Origin: a virus
IMG/VR virus record: IMGVR_UViG_3300046170_000502
Location: 96,001-160,000 of that record
Reading direction: 5' to 3' (one strand)
DNA: 64,000 nucleotides
This document shows, piece after piece, positions 1-10,300 of the stretch (the stretch's first letter is position 1; each line of letters starts with the position of its first letter). The position numbers and the translations under genes were made by a program. The notes below the pieces were generated by a model, which saw nothing but the letters and a program-made list of their open reading frames with translations, was not told the DNA's origin and did no database searches.

Positions 1-1
1 C

Positions 2-1027
2 GTCATATTATTAATAACAATGGGCGCGGAACCAGATAAGGGCGGAATTAACCCTAGGAATATGGAGGCAATGCAGAGTTTATTTAAAAACGAAAGTGTT
101 GGTAGGGTCTTAGTTAGCGACTACACCACCAAAGCTTCTTTTGTAATTCCCGATATCAGCAAGGTTGTTGGCCCGAGTAAATACGAGGTTATTAATAACG
201 ATATAAAGGAGGGTTTACAGAATGTTATAGTTGGCGATGAAAGGTATAGCAATACGCAAGTTAAGGCTAAAATTTTCCTAGAAAGACTAGAGGAATCTCG
301 AAACGCTTTTATTTACGATTTCCTTCAACCTCAAGTTAAGATGGTTTGCCAGAATTTAGGATTCAGGAAGTACCCAAAAGTTAAATTTGAACAGACTGAT
401 ATAAAGGACGAGGTTCAACTACAGAGAGTTGCTACCAGACTTATGGAGTTAGGTATACTGACCCCAGGACAAGGTATGGATGTTCTAGAAAAAGGTCATT
501 ATCCTAAGCCCGAAGAAATGAAGCAAGCTCAAGAGGATTATATCAATGAGAGGAAGTCTGGTATGTATAACCCCATTGTTGGTGGCGTTCCAATGGTTTC
601 CAGCGAAGAAGTTCGGGGTGGCGAAGAGGGGAGCGAGATTAAAAAAGAAGTGGGTAGACCAACAGGTTCTTCAGGTATACCTCAAGAGTCAAATAGTTCT
701 GAGTTAAATTTATTTTCTAGAGAGAATTTACAGAATATTATTTACTCAACAGAGTCTTTAAGGCAGAGTGGTTATTCAGAGATGAGGAATAAATTGAAGA
801 AAAAAAGGCTTAAAAGGGCAGAGAAGAATATGATAGATGAGTTGTGTCAGTCGGTTATTATATCCGAGCCCAGGGAGGATTGGGAAGAAAAGCTTTTTGC
901 GTGCATAAGAGATCCAGATCATATAGAGTCACTTAACTCAAAAAGCGAGATTAGGGAGTTGTCTGCTCAGCATGAGTTAGATTTGTACTCAGCAGCGCTT
1001 TTGTATTATAGTAAGAAGGGGGATTAA
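2..1027 (+). CDS. Probable portal protein, C-terminal part (5'-truncated by window edge)
   Basis: Frame is open from base 2 (VILLITMGAEPDKGG...), so the ATG at 20 is internal. The helical C-terminus with a charged tail resembles large-phage portal proteins by recognition only. Confidence 0.5.
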   Translation, partial: VILLITMGAEPDKGGINPRNMEAMQSLFKNESVGRVLVSDYTTKASFVIPDISKVVGPSKYEVINNDIKEGLQNVIVGDERYSNTQVKAKIFLERLEESRNAFIYDFLQPQVKMVCQNLGFRKYPKVKFEQTDIKDEVQLQRVATRLMELGILTPGQGMDVLEKGHYPKPEEMKQAQEDYINERKSGMYNPIVGGVPMVSSEEVRGGEEGSEIKKEVGRPTGSSGIPQESNSSELNLFSRENLQNIIYSTESLRQSGYSEMRNKLKKKRLKRAEKNMIDELCQSVIISEPREDWEEKLFACIRDPDHIESLNSKSEIRELSAQHELDLYSAALLYYSKKGD

Positions 1028-1030
1028 GGG

Positions 1031-1510
1031 GTGGGAGCTTTCGAAACTTTCGTAAATGCTAATTTAGGCATCAGGAAGCCTTTAATTAGTGACTCCGGAC
1101 CACCTTCTGGTAGCGCTAAGGCGGCAGGGGTTGTAGGTTCTCATTATATAGACATAGATACTAATGATATATATGAAAAGACAGGAGAGAATAATACTCA
1201 AGACTGGGCTAAAGTTAGGAAGTTAGGACAAAGTTTAAACGATGCCATACAGGCCCAGAGAACTTTCTCAACTTCGTTAATCATACCAACTGGAGTAGAC
1301 ACTTTATCTTATGATTATTCTAATATAGGCGACTCTTCCAGTTATTCGAGTCCGCCGCAGGTAATGGTTGGCATGAGAGTGAACGAAGAGTCAGACTTCT
1401 TTTATATTCATTCCACATTTAATGTATCCTCAACTGGTTTTAATGTGGCATTTTCTGATAAAATTTTAGAAACAGGTAACTATTTAGATATTTCCATTCA
1501 TAAAGATTAA
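1031..1510 (+). CDS. Virion-associated protein with C-terminal H-type-lectin/gp53-like beta-sandwich
   Basis: GTG start. The C-terminal ~75 aa (1280-1507: IIPTGVD...SSPPQVMV...VSSTGFNVAFSD) resemble domains in ORFs 7396, 11387 and 17323. Confidence 0.5.
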   Translation: MGAFETFVNANLGIRKPLISDSGPPSGSAKAAGVVGSHYIDIDTNDIYEKTGENNTQDWAKVRKLGQSLNDAIQAQRTFSTSLIIPTGVDTLSYDYSNIGDSSSYSSPPQVMVGMRVNEESDFFYIHSTFNVSSTGFNVAFSDKILETGNYLDISIHKD

Positions 1511-1531
1511 TATTTGTGTAAAGTAGCTTAT

Positions 1532-2608
1532 ATGAATATTGTCTTAACCGCTTCATTTAAGAATGGGATTTTTTGCAATGGACTGCAACAGAATATCGTA
1601 TTCTTAGCTGAATTACTAAAAAAACTCGGGCATAACCCAATGATTTGCGTAGATCATGGTATTGATGAATGTATTGACCCCCCTTCAGGTATACTTATAC
1701 TTGAGAAAATGGAAATCTTGGAATACTCTAATGATCTAGATTTCATTCTTCAATGCGGGTGGAGCTTAGATAGCGAGATTATTGATTACATAAAAAGCAG
1801 AAAGCCTGCATGTAGGAATGTTCACGTTTTGTACGGAAACTCTTTACTAGCGGACGTAGAAAGGTGCTCCTGGGATACTCATGTAGCAATCGCTCCATAT
1901 CTAGTTGACCAGGTTTGGATCTCCCCTCATTATGGGTTTTCTTTTAATTATTTTAAGGCGTATTATAAAACAGAAAATGTTTTTGAATTGCCGTATATAT
2001 GGTCTCCTAAATATTTAAATATACACGAGAAGGCTTGGAACAATCAAGGCTTTTCGTGCTTTTATGAGCCGGGCAGCGAGAAGAATATAGCAATTCTTGA
2101 GCCCAATTTAAATATAACCAAGCACTGCCTTCCTTCGATCATGATTGCGGATAAAACTTTTAGAGATTTTGGTGATTGCATTGATATGGTTAGCGTTTAC
2201 TGTTCTACTAAATTAATGAATAAAAAATATTTCAAAACATTAATGTGGAATCTTGATATAACGAAGGCTGGCAAAATAGAGTTCGCACAAAGGTCTAAAA
2301 TTAGTAAAATTTTCGCAAGAGATTGCAATGTTGTTGTTTCGCATCAATTGTTGAACGCCTTAAATTATACATATTTAGAATCTTTGTATTTAGGTATACC
2401 TTTGGTTCATAATTCAGAATTTATAAAAGATGCTGGATATTATTATTCAGATTATGATATAAATGGTGGCTCTAAGGCATTGCATAATGCATTAAGTAAT
2501 CACGATTATAACTTAGAGGAGTATAGAACTAAATCAGAGAAAATTTTAACTAAGTATTCTCCCGAAAACTTATCCGTAATAGATAGGTACAAAAAGCTTT
2601 TATCGTGA
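1532..2608 (+). CDS. DUF2827-like protein (GT-B glycosyltransferase-like)
   Basis: Motifs NGLQQNIVFL, LPYIWSP, ILEPNLNITK, SHQLLNALNY, LVHNSEFIKDAGYYY. ATG at 1532 preferred (11 nt after GTGTA; aligns with the paralog start). Confidence 0.7.
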   Translation: MNIVLTASFKNGIFCNGLQQNIVFLAELLKKLGHNPMICVDHGIDECIDPPSGILILEKMEILEYSNDLDFILQCGWSLDSEIIDYIKSRKPACRNVHVLYGNSLLADVERCSWDTHVAIAPYLVDQVWISPHYGFSFNYFKAYYKTENVFELPYIWSPKYLNIHEKAWNNQGFSCFYEPGSEKNIAILEPNLNITKHCLPSIMIADKTFRDFGDCIDMVSVYCSTKLMNKKYFKTLMWNLDITKAGKIEFAQRSKISKIFARDCNVVVSHQLLNALNYTYLESLYLGIPLVHNSEFIKDAGYYYSDYDINGGSKALHNALSNHDYNLEEYRTKSEKILTKYSPENLSVIDRYKKLLS

Positions 2609-3705
2609 AAATAGGTATAACTTTAGATATGTCCATATCTTTCTGGGCAAATGGGATGCAGCAAAATATTGTTTTTCTCTATAGTGTGTTAGAGAGGGCT
2701 GGATTCTCCTGTTTTTACATAACCAATAAGCAACCTTCTTCTGCGCTAAATAAGAGGCATAAAGGGTTATTGCTTGATGATGTGATGAGGGATGATAGCG
2801 AAAGTTTTGATGTTCTACTTATCGCTGGATTTAATTTGCTTCCAGATATGTATGAGCGGTTGAAATCTAGGAATTCTGGTATGAAAATTATATTTGTGCA
2901 TTTTGGGAATAAACTGATGGATGATATCCATTACGCAATATCTTTCCCCGAGACAAGAAAGGAACCTATAGCAAAAACAAAATATATCGATGCTGTATGG
3001 GTATACCCTCATCACAATTTTTCTAAAAGCTATTTATCTTCTTACTACGAAATAGACAATATCGTTGAGGTCCCTTATATATGGGATTCATTCTTTTTGG
3101 AGGATAAGGTTAAGGTGATAAAATCGAAGGGATTTAATCCATTTTTTCAAAAAAAAGACCAATACTCAGCTTGCGTTTTCGAGCCAAATATATCTCACAT
3201 TAAGAATTGCATAATTCCCATTAATATATGCGAGACTTTTGATAAACTCTTTCCCGGTGAACTTAAATCTGTGAATATATTTTCGTGCGAGCATTTAAGG
3301 AAGAGGCCCTTTTTTAATAAATTAATGAAGAATATGAGGATTGTAAATAAGGATAATTTTTGTTTTTTTAATAATAAATGGGGATTCGCTGATGCTGTTA
3401 GTAAGTTTGGAGAAATAATAATAACACATCAATCTTATAGCGAGTTGAATTATTTATATTTCGAATCATTATATTTAGGTTTACCGCTAGTTCACAATTC
3501 TTCTATGATACAAGAGTATGGATATTATTATCCTGAATTTGAGGTTGATTTTGGGGCAAAACAGTTAAAGGTTATTTTAGAAAGTCACGAAAAATGCATA
3601 GATAAATATAAAGAAGATTCCAAGAAGCTTTTCAAGGAATATAGTCCGTACAATCAATTAATTATAGATAAATATAGATTTTCAATTAATGACTTATTTA
3701 AATAA
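2605..3705 (+). CDS. DUF2827-like protein, tandem paralog
   Basis: GTG start overlapping the upstream stop. Motifs WANGMQQNIVFL, VPYIWDS, FEPNISHIKN, THQSYSELNYLY, LVHNSSMIQEYGYYY. Confidence 0.7.
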   Translation: MKIGITLDMSISFWANGMQQNIVFLYSVLERAGFSCFYITNKQPSSALNKRHKGLLLDDVMRDDSESFDVLLIAGFNLLPDMYERLKSRNSGMKIIFVHFGNKLMDDIHYAISFPETRKEPIAKTKYIDAVWVYPHHNFSKSYLSSYYEIDNIVEVPYIWDSFFLEDKVKVIKSKGFNPFFQKKDQYSACVFEPNISHIKNCIIPINICETFDKLFPGELKSVNIFSCEHLRKRPFFNKLMKNMRIVNKDNFCFFNNKWGFADAVSKFGEIIITHQSYSELNYLYFESLYLGLPLVHNSSMIQEYGYYYPEFEVDFGAKQLKVILESHEKCIDKYKEDSKKLFKEYSPYNQLIIDKYRFSINDLFK

Positions 3706-4423
3706 AATATCAAAGTGTTTTTATATAAATTTAAGACGAAGACCCGATAGGTTATCTCACATAAATCAATCTTTGACTTTTTTAGCCGAAAGGTTTAATG
3801 CTGTAGACTCAGAAGAGATTACGGTAACCGAGGAGGTTAGGGAGCTATTTCCAGAAACCTTTAAGAAAAGGAGTAAGGCTGAAATTTGCTGCGCAATAAG
3901 TCACTACAGGCTATGGAGGAAGTTGATTCAGGATAAAGATTCTAGAAATTACTTGATCATGGAGGATGATACTTGTTTTAAGGTGAAGGAATTTAATAAA
4001 ATATGGAATGAGGTTTTTTCGAAGAAAATGCCGCTTGATTATTCTTTGATTTTTCTAGGGGGTTGTCAACCTTGGAATGAGCCTCATTACAAGGAGGTGT
4101 TAAGGCCTTATAATTCTTTTTATAATAGGGTTAAGGAGAATGATTATTTTTCCAAAGGGGATAATTTTTGGCACATGAATGCAAATTCATACATCATAAG
4201 CAAGCAGGCTGCTAGTTTGTTGTGTCAATGGGTTGAGCAGAATGGTATGGACTGCGGTGTGGATCATTTTATGATTAAATTCTTTAATGGAAATAAAATT
4301 TTTAAAGCACCTCAATCGATATACCATTTAAATCCTCTTGTTACCTACCAGATTCACGAAGAGGGGGGCTGCACTGAGATCGATAGTAATTCTGATATTA
4401 GAAGTAGTCGAGTAACTTTTTAA
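3689..4423 (+). CDS. Glycosyltransferase family 25-like
   Basis: YINLRRRPDR, RFNAVD, EICCAISHYRLW, LIMEDD and YIISKQAA are typical GT25 motifs. Confidence 0.8.
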   Translation: MTYLNKISKCFYINLRRRPDRLSHINQSLTFLAERFNAVDSEEITVTEEVRELFPETFKKRSKAEICCAISHYRLWRKLIQDKDSRNYLIMEDDTCFKVKEFNKIWNEVFSKKMPLDYSLIFLGGCQPWNEPHYKEVLRPYNSFYNRVKENDYFSKGDNFWHMNANSYIISKQAASLLCQWVEQNGMDCGVDHFMIKFFNGNKIFKAPQSIYHLNPLVTYQIHEEGGCTEIDSNSDIRSSRVTF

Positions 4424-4432
4424 TATTCAATA

Positions 4433-7357
4433 ATGAGCGCAGATAAAGTACCAAAACAAGGGGCTGATGGACTGGCGGATATCAAGGGGCTATTGAGACC
4501 TAGGAGGACCAAGCTCACAAAAAAAAGATACGGTGGGCATAATGATGGTGGTTATGTTTTGATTGAGGAAGTTTTTAATCAAGCGGAAGTTGTTTATTCT
4601 TACGGCATAGATGATTCGGAGGATTCGGATTGTTTTGATTTAGCGTGTTCTGATTTGAATAAAAAAGTGTTCATGTTCGATGGCACAATTAATAATTACG
4701 AAACAAAGCGGGCGAATATGTTTTTTAAGAAAGAAAACGTTACTGAAGATAATTTCGAATCACACCTACTCTTGCAAAATAATATCGAGAAAGATAATAT
4801 GATCCTTAAGATGGACATAGAGGGCTGCGAATATCCTGTTATAGAGAAAAATATTAATTTAATTTCTAAATGCTTTAGCATGGTTTGCGTGGAATTTCAT
4901 GGATTAAATAACCCAGAATTTTATAGATATAAAGATAAGGGGTTCGTAATAAGGTTATTGCTTGAGAATTTTGATATTTTCCATATGCACGCAAATAACT
5001 GGGTCGAAAGAAAACATTTGATTCCAAATGTTATTGAGATATCTTTTGTAAGGAAGGGTTTTTGCTTAGAAGAGCTAGATGGCCCTTACCCAGTCAAGGG
5101 GTTAGATTTTCCTAATTGCGTCGGTAGAGAAGATTATAAACTAGATTGGTGGATCGAGTCTCAGTTTGATTTTCCAAATATAAAGGACATAAAACCTGCG
5201 CAAATCACAAAAAAAATACACTTATCCTGGAGGGATAAAAATGTATTAAACGGAGACTATCAATTAATTAATAAGGGGGCAAGGAAATTGCAATTATTGA
5301 ATCCTGACTGGGATGTGGTTGTATATGATGACGAAGACATTAACGGGCTACTTAGGGACACTATAGGAAAAGAAAACTGGGACTTAATTAAGGATAAGAA
5401 GATTACCGAAAAAACAGATCTCTGGAGGTTAATAAAAACTTACAAGGAGGGTGGAATGTATATTGATATTGATCGATATATAGATACTCCAATATCTGAA
5501 ATTATGAATACAAGCACTTCAATGGTTTTACCAACTTTTCAGGATGTTGATTTTTCACAAGACTTTATATTGACTTGCCCCAAGAACCCTATAATTGGTA
5601 GAGCTATAGTTAATAATTTAAATTATAGAAAGAAGGGTAAGTCTTTGTTTTTTATGGCCGTACAGTCTTATATGCATTCTGTTAGTGAAGTTTTAACTGG
5701 AAGTAAGATTGACAGAGGGGATAATGAGGAGTACTTCAATAAAGTTAGAAGTGGGATCCAAAACTGCGAATATCTCGAGACCTACAAGGAGACTGGCCCA
5801 AGCGATCATATATTATATAGAAACTTGAATAATAATTTTGATATGAATATATTTGAGAAAGATAAGGCTGATTTTTATAACGAAGAAAATGTTGTTCATT
5901 GGAATGCTGATACTAGAAAAAAACACGAATCGATTAAATTGCAATCTAGTCTTGAGTATGATATCAAGAAATATTATTCTAATTTAGGCGAGAATTTTAT
6001 TTTTGAAGGAGGAGATAATTCTGTTGAGAATGAAGAACAATCTAAAAGATTAATTAAATTATGCGAAGAATATAATTGCAAAAATATTATGGAAATCGGA
6101 TTTAATGCAGGTCATTCTGCGGATTTGTTTTTAAGTATGAATAATGATATTAAATTAACTAGCTTTGATATTGGCGTTCATAAGTATGTTGATTATGGTA
6201 AGAAGTTTATAGATAATAAATATCCAGGCAGACATAACTTAATATTGGGTGATAGCGCAAGAACAGTAAAGGAATTTTATAAAGAAAATCCAGGTATTAA
6301 ATTTGATTTAATTTTTATTGATGGAGATCATAGTGAAATCGGAGCAATTTCAGATTTATTTAATTGCCAAAAATTAGCTGACAATAAAACGGTAGTTGTT
6401 ATGGATGACACACGCAATAATCATCCAATGCATTCTTGGAATATTAATGTGAATCGCGCTTGGAGAAAATGTATCTCAGCTGGAATGATAGATGTTATAG
6501 ATTCCGAGGATTATGATAAATCTGATTCTTGCCCAAGGGGCCAGAGCTGGGGAAATTATATTATAGAGAAAGATGAAAATCTGTTGGTTGCCGTTGAGCA
6601 ATTTAAAAAAATGAAGTATCATTGGGGAGATTTGGTTGACGATGATAGCTTGAAGTTTATTAGCGATCAACTAGAGCAGCCCCAGTTAAGTAATAGGAGT
6701 TTTGATTGTTATTATCCTGGAGGTAAAATTGCAGTGGTTAGTTTATATACTGATGAAATAGCTGACTTCGCACACTACTCAGAAAAAAATATTCGACAAT
6801 ATTGCAAAAAACACAATTATACTTTTTATGTTTATCGTGATAAAATAGAAAAGAATTCTAGCCCAAATTGGTCAAAAGCAGGTTCGATATTGAATCATAT
6901 CAGTGATCATGAATATATTGTATGGATTGATTCTGATGCATTGATATTTGATAAAAATAAAAAATTTGAAACTATTATAGGTAAGTGCGCTAAAAATAAA
7001 TATATAATTGCATGCGAGGATATTGGTAAGAATTCAATGCTAAATTCGGGTGTTTTGATATTCAAGTCAGATAGTTATACTGAAAATTTAATAAAAAAAT
7101 GGAGAGACTTTGATGGCAATAAATCATCTCTTTACGCAAGCGGTGGGGATCAAGAAATTTTATGCAGAATCTTAAAGGCTAGTGATGGTTTTGGTTTTAA
7201 TAGGAAGGTGTTTCCTATGAGTGAATTTAATACAGATCCACGAATGATTGATGATGAAACTTTTATTGTTCATTTTATGGCATACCCTTCTCATTTGAAA
7301 AAAATTTTTATAAGGTATTTTGTTTCCAAAACAATTGATGACAGTGTATTAAGTTAA
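4433..7357 (+). CDS. Four-domain fusion: FkbM/Methyltransf_22-like + GT32 (DXD) + class I SAM methyltransferase + GT34-like
   Basis: GGHNDGGY/VYSYGI/LKMDIEGCEY; KKIHLSW/DLWRL/GGMYIDID; MEIGFNAGHSA/DLIFIDGDH; NWSKA/WIDSDA/NSGVLIFK/GDQEIL. Confidence 0.75.
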   Translation: MSADKVPKQGADGLADIKGLLRPRRTKLTKKRYGGHNDGGYVLIEEVFNQAEVVYSYGIDDSEDSDCFDLACSDLNKKVFMFDGTINNYETKRANMFFKKENVTEDNFESHLLLQNNIEKDNMILKMDIEGCEYPVIEKNINLISKCFSMVCVEFHGLNNPEFYRYKDKGFVIRLLLENFDIFHMHANNWVERKHLIPNVIEISFVRKGFCLEELDGPYPVKGLDFPNCVGREDYKLDWWIESQFDFPNIKDIKPAQITKKIHLSWRDKNVLNGDYQLINKGARKLQLLNPDWDVVVYDDEDINGLLRDTIGKENWDLIKDKKITEKTDLWRLIKTYKEGGMYIDIDRYIDTPISEIMNTSTSMVLPTFQDVDFSQDFILTCPKNPIIGRAIVNNLNYRKKGKSLFFMAVQSYMHSVSEVLTGSKIDRGDNEEYFNKVRSGIQNCEYLETYKETGPSDHILYRNLNNNFDMNIFEKDKADFYNEENVVHWNADTRKKHESIKLQSSLEYDIKKYYSNLGENFIFEGGDNSVENEEQSKRLIKLCEEYNCKNIMEIGFNAGHSADLFLSMNNDIKLTSFDIGVHKYVDYGKKFIDNKYPGRHNLILGDSARTVKEFYKENPGIKFDLIFIDGDHSEIGAISDLFNCQKLADNKTVVVMDDTRNNHPMHSWNINVNRAWRKCISAGMIDVIDSEDYDKSDSCPRGQSWGNYIIEKDENLLVAVEQFKKMKYHWGDLVDDDSLKFISDQLEQPQLSNRSFDCYYPGGKIAVVSLYTDEIADFAHYSEKNIRQYCKKHNYTFYVYRDKIEKNSSPNWSKAGSILNHISDHEYIVWIDSDALIFDKNKKFETIIGKCAKNKYIIACEDIGKNSMLNSGVLIFKSDSYTENLIKKWRDFDGNKSSLYASGGDQEILCRILKASDGFGFNRKVFPMSEFNTDPRMIDDETFIVHFMAYPSHLKKIFIRYFVSKTIDDSVLS

Positions 7358-7358
7358 T

Positions 7359-7391
7359 ATGAGAAGCTTCCAGACAAAAAACAAAGGTTAA
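7359..7391 (+). other. Mini-ORF MRSFQTKNKG* directly upstream of tail fibre 1
   Basis: ATG lies 10 nt after a GTGTA motif. The peptide resembles the N-terminus of fibre 3 (MKDFKTKNG). Translation is not demonstrated. Confidence 0.25.
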
Positions 7392-7395
7392 TATT

Positions 7396-10300
7396 ATGGC
7401 AAAAAATAAAGTATATTTAATAAAAAGTGGAGAAAACTCTTTTGTAGAAGAAACTGAGGGTGTTTTAGGTATTAGCGGTGGGAAGTTTGGTTTCGGGACA
7501 ACTAGCCCAGAGGCCGATGTACATATCAGCGGAAATACTCAAATAGATGGAGATCTCTCAGTTAAGGGAAATTTCTCAACAGTTAATCAAACAACCGTAC
7601 AAATTGACGATAAGAATATTGAATTGGGGTTTGTCGATTCGCCAACCAATTTAACTGCAGACGGTGGAGGCATCACTCTAAAAGGAGCTACCGATAAGAC
7701 TATAATTTGGCAAAATTCAAACTCGGCTTGGAATTTCAGCGATAGCATACATATTGATTCAGAGAAAAGTATTTCAACAAAAGAAATAAAAGGTGTGAAT
7801 TTCTCAGGATTAAACTTGTTGGATGAAAGTGGTAGTGGAGTTTTTATAAAAAGCGGAAGAATTGGGGTTTTGAATGATTCCCCAGCTTATGATTTAGATG
7901 TCTCTGGAAGTGGTAATTTTTCCGAAGGTCTTTATGTAGATGGAAATGCTGTTGTTACCGGTGAGGCTGGGAAGTGGAGAGACGGGGTGAGCGCTGGAGA
8001 TATCACTTATACAGGAGGTAAAGTTGGTATAAGTAATGATTCCCCAGCTTATGATTTAGATGTCTCTGGAAGTGGTAATTTTTCCGCAGGTCTTTATGTA
8101 GATGGAAATGCTGTTGTTACCGGTGAGGCTGGAAAGTGGAGAAGTAATAGTAATATTGGCGAAATAATTTATACAGGAGGTAACGTTGGTATAAGTAATG
8201 ATTCCCCAGCTTATGATTTAGATGTCTCTGGAAGTGGTAATTTTTCCGCAGGTCTTTATGTAGATGGAAATGCTGTTGTTACTGGTGAGGGTGGAAAGTG
8301 GAGAGACGGAGTGAGCGCTGGAGATATCACTTATACAGGAGGTAACGTTGGTATAAGTAATGATTCCCCAGCTTATGATTTAGATGTCTCTGGAAGTGCT
8401 AATTTTTCCGCAGGTCTTTATGTAGATGGAAATGCTGTTGTTACTGGTGAGGGTGGAAAGTGGAGAGACGGAGTGAGCGCTGGAGATATCACTTATACAG
8501 GAGGTAACGTTGGCATCGGAACAGATAACCCAATTAGAGATTTTTACGTAGATGGAGACGCTCGTATCGATGGGGATCTAGAGGTTAACTCTCAATTTAA
8601 AGTCGGTCAATATGGGGCCATTGGAGATTCGCAACCTATCGCTCACGGAGATATCATGAAGTGGGATTCCACAAATTCAAAATGGTCAGTAGGTTCAAAT
8701 ATTCCTGGTGGACTAGTAACGGGAGAGGTTCCCTTAGGGTTTATTCAAGCTTTGCCTAGCGGCAGTTCAATTTACTCAATATCATTTGTTGAAGAATACG
8801 GAGCTATACCAAGTATTTCTACAGATTTACAGATAGAAGGAGAGGGAGGTATTATTCCTTATGTATTATCAGGAGTTTCCGAAAGTGGTTATAATTTAGT
8901 TTTTTCGAGGGAAATCCCTAATAATAATTATAGAGTTCATACGACATTTGGTGGCAGGCCAGTTTACTGGAATACGGGATCCAGCGCCAGCGTTAATTAT
9001 GAGGATGGGGATGTAAATATACTTCGGGATTTAACTGTTAGTGGTAATTTAACTGTGGATGGCACTCAGTTGATCGTTAATACTGAAACAATCAAACTTG
9101 AAGATCATAACATTGAAATCGCTTCAAACGCTACTTATGATTCGATTTCCGACGCTGGAATTTCTTGGGGGACGGATCCACTTGGGGGCGTTTCCCCTGT
9201 TTCTTTAACCTATACTTATGGACAAGGTTTTTCTTTCGGTGGCGGTAGTGTAGGTATTGGTACTACGAATCCTTCATCTAGATTAACAGTAAATCCTGGT
9301 AGTGTTACTAATGCTGGAACTTGGTCAGATTCTGCTTTAGCGATAACTAATCCAACAAATATTGGCTCTTATTCCCAAATTTCTTTTGGTTATACTGTCG
9401 GAACAATAAATGCAGCTGCTTATTTGGGGTTCGTGTCTACGAATCAAGGCTCTAATGGTTATGGAGATCTAGTATTTGGCACTCGCTCCGTAAATACAGA
9501 CACTGCGCCTACTGAGAGAATGCGCATAAATTCTAACGGCAACGTAGGTATTGGTACTACGAATCCTGATGCTCCACTTACCATATCAAGAACGCATACC
9601 AATGGTTCACCTGGTATAGATAATTTTATTACCTTAGATGCCACCGAAAAGTCGGGCCAAAATTTAGAGGCTGGTGATGGGGTGGGTATACTCTTTAAAG
9701 TTCCTGTCGAGTCACAATCAAGTAGTGTCGGAGCAAGAATCGCAGCTGTTCGTGAGGGCGGAACTGAGAATGCTACAAGCACAGAGTTAGTATTTCAAGT
9801 TTCTCAACAAGATGAAACACTTGATGAAGCAATGCGCATTGATCGCGACGGCAACGTAGGTATTGGTACTACGAATCCTGAGAGCGTGCTACAGGTTCAA
9901 GGGAAACAAGAATACGCTAATTCAGCAAGTGATTTAGCCACGTCTGTTACAAAAAGTGCTTTGCGAGTTCGCGGAAGTAATAACTCGAGTGACTCTCTCT
10001 GGATGGGAGTTGAGAATGTAAACGCGAATCCATATATACAAGGCTCAAATGGAAGCGGTAGTAATGCAAAAAATATTTCAATTAATCCGTTTGGCGGCAA
10101 CGTAGGTATTGGTACTACGAATCCTGGTGCTAAATTAGATATATCAAGTTCATCTACAAATATTGATATTTTAAGCACTGATGGTGATTTTGTAAATATT
10201 AGAAACCAAAATTCTACAACCAACAACTTCTCTTCAATAGGGTTTTTTGATAGTAGTAATGAATTAACGAGTAGGATTGCTTCTATTAGAGGAACTTCCA

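Noticed and set aside
1514-1531. Track start codons at 1514, 27225, 29689, 48675 and 61751
   Set aside because: Downstream starts (1532, 27189, 29743, 48642, 61823) fit paralog or family N-termini, promoter geometry or stop-start overlap better.
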